9,631 bases of DNA from a virus (taxonomy: Duplodnaviria; Heunggongvirae; Uroviricota; Caudoviricetes). Both the position numbers and the translations under genes were made by a program. Under the pieces are notes generated by a model. The model saw only the letters and a program-made list of their open reading frames with translations, searched no databases and was not told the origin of the DNA. Positions within the stretch are counted from its first letter, which is position 1. The number at the start of each line of letters is the position of its first letter. The stretch covers positions 1 through 9,631 of IMG/VR virus record IMGVR_UViG_2778261515_000017; one strand, given 5' to 3'. Below are positions 6,966 to 9,631 of the stretch, in pieces.

Positions 6966-7799
6966 ATGAGCAGACATGCAACAGATTGGGCCTGGGAGAC
7001 AGATCCAGGTAGCTCGTCATTAAAGCTCATACTGCTCTCGATGGCTGACAGAGCCGATGAATATAACCTCTGCTATCCCAGCATAGAACGCCTAGTTAAA
7101 GACACTTGCCTGAATAAAAAAACCGTACAGGCCGGGCTTATATCGCTCATGAAAATGGGGCTTATTTCAGATACCGGAGAGAGAAAGGGAGCGACGAAAA
7201 GAGTGCGGGTTTTCTCTCTTAATATAACCAAAAACGGGAACATTAAAGGCAACCGGGAAGGGGGTAACGATCCCAAAAACGGTAATGTTACCGAAAACGG
7301 GAATATACCCAAAAACGGGATGTTGAATGATCCCAAAAACGGGATGTTGAATGATCCCAAAAACGGGATCCAGAACCAGTCATATAACCAGTCATTTAAC
7401 CAAGAGAGGGAGAGCAGGACAAAAATCGGGGATTCCGTGCCCCATGACCCCGGCGCAAACAACGCCGTGATGAATAACTTTGTTCCTCCAGGTGGGCCAG
7501 GGCAATTAGGCAAATTTGTCATGCATGAACAATGGCAGCCATCAGATGACTTTCTTCGGAAAAGCTCATTGCAGGGAATCTACCTGGGCAGTCTGCCAAC
7601 GGCACAGGAACTTGCAGAGTTCAGAATTTACTGGATGGCTGAGGGTAAGGCATACCATCAGGCGCAGTGGGAGCAGAAGCTGGCAAGGCGCATCCAGTTC
7701 TGTAGACAGAAATCAGGTGAAGTCAGAAAGAGCCTTGACTGGCATAACACTGACTGGATAGATGAGGTGTGGGATGAAATCAACTCCAGAACTTCTTAA
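6966..7799 (+). CDS. Replication initiation protein (O-like): N-terminal winged HTH, central iteron-encoded repeat linker, C-terminal DnaT-like domain
   Basis: 277 aa. N-terminus LKLILLSMADRADEYNLCYPSIERLVKDTCLNKKTVQAGLISLMKMGLI is typical of phage replication-initiator HTH domains. The central NDPKNGML repeats are encoded by the DNA iterons. Immediately upstream of the P homolog. SD GGAG 7 nt upstream. Confidence 0.75.
   Translation: MSRHATDWAWETDPGSSSLKLILLSMADRADEYNLCYPSIERLVKDTCLNKKTVQAGLISLMKMGLISDTGERKGATKRVRVFSLNITKNGNIKGNREGGNDPKNGNVTENGNIPKNGMLNDPKNGMLNDPKNGIQNQSYNQSFNQERESRTKIGDSVPHDPGANNAVMNNFVPPGGPGQLGKFVMHEQWQPSDDFLRKSSLQGIYLGSLPTAQELAEFRIYWMAEGKAYHQAQWEQKLARRIQFCRQKSGEVRKSLDWHNTDWIDEVWDEINSRTS
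7228..7405. repeat. Origin-of-replication iterons inside the O-like gene, plus downstream short direct repeats
   Basis: Six copies of the core CC(A/G)AAAACGG at about 7229, 7273, 7291, 7308, 7332 and 7356. The last three are spaced exactly 24 bp apart and form the palindrome ATCCC-AAAAAC-GGGAT, resembling lambda ori iterons. Followed by AACCAGTCAT direct repeats at 7374-7383 and 7386-7395. Four GATC sites fall within 7269-7370. Confidence 0.65.
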
Positions 7800-8556
7800 T
7801 GAGTACTATCGCTTTCGTGGTGGGCATGACCACTCGACGGTGGTTGCTTCTGCTGACGATGAAAGGGCAAAGAAGGAGCAGGTTGCAAGAATTTTCAACG
7901 AAATGTTTGTCCAGTTGCAGGCTGCATTTCCAGGCAGCATCGCTGCTATCAGCGAACAGGGAAAGCTAAACGAATTTCGAAAACAATGGATGCTTGCGTT
8001 TCTGGAGAATGGGATCACTACAATGGAACAGGTTAACGCTGGTATGCGCCACGCCCGCGCCAGTGAATCTCCGTTCTGGCCGTCGCCTGGGCAATTCATC
8101 AAGTGGTGCAAAGACAGCAAGATGGTTCTTGGCGTCACCATTGACGATGTGATGGCGGAGTTTCATCGGTACAGCAAGGAAAAAAGTTTATATCCTGGTG
8201 GTCCAGAAAGATTCCCGTGGCGACATCCGGTTATGTACTGGGTTGTATGTGATACCCGCCGCGCAATGTATCAGCGCCAGCTTAGCGAGATTGAGGTTGA
8301 GAAACACGCGCGCAGGCTGCTCGATGATTGGGCGAAAAAGGTGGCTTCCGGACAGCAGATACCCGATCCGGTGATCAGCATACAGGCAAAGCCAGAACCC
8401 ATGAGTACGCCTCCGGACACAGGGAGAGACGTTTACCATCCACCAGGGCGAAGTTTCGGGTGCATGCCTAACGCCGCCACCCTGGGGGGAATAACACCGG
8501 CGCAGTGGCTGATGGAGGAATACAGGCGGGGAAAGGCGGCAGGATTTATCAAGTAA
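7774..8556 (+). CDS. P: Replication protein P homolog (DnaB helicase loader)
   Basis: Contains ...FLENGITTMEQVNAGMR...FWPSPGQF..., near-identical to the lambda P segment FRENGITTMEQVNAGMR...FLPSPGQF as I recall it. ATG 7774 with SD GAGG; 26-nt overlap with the end of the O-like gene. Confidence 0.85.
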   Translation: MKSTPELLNEYYRFRGGHDHSTVVASADDERAKKEQVARIFNEMFVQLQAAFPGSIAAISEQGKLNEFRKQWMLAFLENGITTMEQVNAGMRHARASESPFWPSPGQFIKWCKDSKMVLGVTIDDVMAEFHRYSKEKSLYPGGPERFPWRHPVMYWVVCDTRRAMYQRQLSEIEVEKHARRLLDDWAKKVASGQQIPDPVISIQAKPEPMSTPPDTGRDVYHPPGRSFGCMPNAATLGGITPAQWLMEEYRRGKAAGFIK

Positions 8557-8560
8557 TACC

Positions 8561-8581
8561 AGCGCGATAGCGCATTTTTTT
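8561..8581 (+). terminator. Weak terminator-like hairpin plus T-run just after the P stop codon
   Basis: Short stem AGCGC / GCGCA around loop GATA, then a T-run 8575-8581. The stem is only about 5 bp, so this is marginal. Confidence 0.3.
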
Positions 8582-8593
8582 ACGTCTCAATAA

Positions 8594-8670
8594 TTACCTA
8601 TTGGGTAATAAAATATTCTAAACTCTATTGATTTCGTGTCTTATGTGGTTTTTAATTACCTCAAGGGTAA
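8594..8670 (+). promoter_or_regulatory. Third operator-flanked promoter (P3) upstream of the DUF1064-like gene; same geometry as the pL-type cassette
   Basis: Operators TTACCTATTGGGTAA (8594-8608) and TTACCTCAAGGGTAA (8656-8670), centres 62 bp apart. -35 TTGATT (8628-8633), 17-nt spacer, -10 TTTAAT (8651-8656) ending on the first T of the downstream operator. Gap from upstream operator to -35 is 19 nt, as in the pL-type cassette. Confidence 0.5.
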
Positions 8671-8673
8671 ATC

Positions 8674-9021
8674 ATGAGAAAACAGATACAGGCTCTTGGT
8701 CGACTCAAAACAGGCCAGATGAACAAAACAGAATCTGCGTATTGCCAGCACCTTGAGCAGCGTAAACGCGCAGGGGAAATCGCCTGGTATCGATTCGAGG
8801 GTATCAAGCTGCGGTTAGCCGACAACACGTTCTATACGCCCGATTTTGCTGTGATGCTCGCCACCGGAGAGATGGAACTGCACGAAGTGAAAGGGGGATT
8901 CTGGACCGACGACGCCAGGGTGAAAACCAAAGTAGCCGCAGATCAGTATCCGTTCCGAATCATCGGGGTAACGGTTAAACCAAAGAAAGCAGGTGGTGGC
9001 TGGAACATCGAAGAATTCTGA
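8674..9021 (+). CDS. DUF1064-family phage protein (possible PD-(D/E)XK-like fold)
   Basis: 115 aa. ...NKTESAYCQHLEQRKRAGEIAWYRFEGIKLRL...YTPDF...ELHEVKG... matches the DUF1064 signature as I recall it. Its start codon lies 4 nt downstream of an operator palindrome. Confidence 0.6.
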   Translation: MRKQIQALGRLKTGQMNKTESAYCQHLEQRKRAGEIAWYRFEGIKLRLADNTFYTPDFAVMLATGEMELHEVKGGFWTDDARVKTKVAADQYPFRIIGVTVKPKKAGGGWNIEEF

Positions 9022-9082
9022 ATCGACGATCTTTTTAGTTATCAATGTAATCAATAAGTTATGTGGATAAGCGAGGGTAAAG

Positions 9083-9631
9083 ATGGAAAGTATGGCTGAA
9101 GGTACGATCAAAGATTTAGTGGCATCAGGACATGCGTTAGCTGACGACATGACAGGTGCACCATCCGTGCTTGTTCGCTGTTTGGCAACGCAACTGGAAG
9201 TACAACTGGTGCGTGCTAATGCGCTGGCCGAAGACCGCATCACCACCGAACACTGTCAGGCGCTGGCGCTGGAGAACGACACCGCGCGTCAGGTGCAGGT
9301 GTTTGAAGCCGCCTGTCAGTCGGGATGGGGCGGTAAACCGGAAGTACAGACCATTCGTCGTCTGGTGACCGAAAGTGAAGTGGCGGTGGCGGGGAACAGT
9401 AAATTCCGCTTCGTGGGGGCTGATGCCTTCTCGCCAGACGAACTGCGCACCGATTTGTTCAGCGATGACGGGGACGGTTATGTCGACCGCGTGGCGCTCG
9501 ATGCCGCCCTGCTGGAAAAACTCCAGGCTGTCGCTGAACACCTTCGGGAAGCCGAAGGCTGGGAATGGTGCGCCGGACGCATGGAGCCTGTCGGTGAGTG
9601 CCGTGAGGATGCCGGAACATACCGCTGTCTG
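9083..9631 (+). CDS. Unknown acidic protein, 3'-truncated by the window edge (at least 183 codons with no stop); GC-rich relative to the rest of the window
   Basis: ATG 9083 with SD GAGGG 5 nt upstream; the frame stays open to the window end. Translation MESMAEGTIKDLVASGHALADD... is protein-like, whereas the overlapping minus-strand track ORFs look like GC-driven artefacts. No recognisable family. Confidence 0.45.
   Translation, partial: MESMAEGTIKDLVASGHALADDMTGAPSVLVRCLATQLEVQLVRANALAEDRITTEHCQALALENDTARQVQVFEAACQSGWGGKPEVQTIRRLVTESEVAVAGNSKFRFVGADAFSPDELRTDLFSDDGDGYVDRVALDAALLEKLQAVAEHLREAEGWEWCAGRMEPVGECREDAGTYRCL

Noticed and set aside
7225-7380. Tandem amino-acid repeats (NDPKNGML) in the O-like protein as a separate repeat-protein feature
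   Set aside because: They are the protein-level shadow of the DNA iterons, a known property of lambdoid O genes, not an independent feature.
7073-7522. 149-aa minus-strand ORF with IPFLGSFN repeats
   Set aside because: It lies antisense inside the O-like gene and its repeats are just the reverse-strand reading of the origin iterons; no start signals.
9137-9541. 134-aa minus-strand ORF (also 8815..9246 on the minus strand)
   Set aside because: Open frames on the opposite strand of a GC-rich gene are expected by chance; the translations are low-complexity and lack an SD. The + strand frame has an SD and protein-like composition.
1-9631. CRISPR arrays, tRNA or tmRNA genes, IS elements
   Set aside because: No spacer-repeat periodicity, no cloverleaf-like conserved segments, and no terminal inverted repeats or transposase ORFs were seen. 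The integrase's attachment site and any target tRNA presumably lie upstream of the window.

Overview
This window reads as the early/immunity region of a lambdoid (lambda-like) prophage from an enterobacterial host; the host assignment is inference. Layout, left to right: a P4-type tyrosine integrase (+ strand, 1-1257); a convergent leftward pL-type operon on the - strand (5476 down to 1260) encoding a small 50-aa ORF, a 99-aa hypothetical, a RecE-like PD-(D/E)XK exonuclease, a RecT/Redbeta-family annealing protein, an AlpA-family HTH protein, an ANR-like small protein, an MT-A70 adenine methyltransferase and a lambda-PPase-like Ser/Thr phosphatase; a rho-independent terminator; a cI-position repressor gene (-); a divergent operator region; a Cro-like gene (+); a terminator; a Cys/His-rich small protein; a replication initiator with in-gene origin iterons; a lambda P homolog; a second operator-flanked promoter; a DUF1064-like gene; and a GC-rich unknown gene running off the right edge. 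The most notable signal is a 15-bp palindrome, TTACC-N5-GGTAA, found as a perfect match only in intergenic promoter regions (five perfect copies, two degenerate). It marks three separately repressor-controlled promoters, and the third is a geometric copy of the pL-type cassette. No N-like antiterminator, nut site, LexA box, tRNA or CRISPR array was found. All protein identifications come from reading the translations against remembered family motifs; no database search was run.
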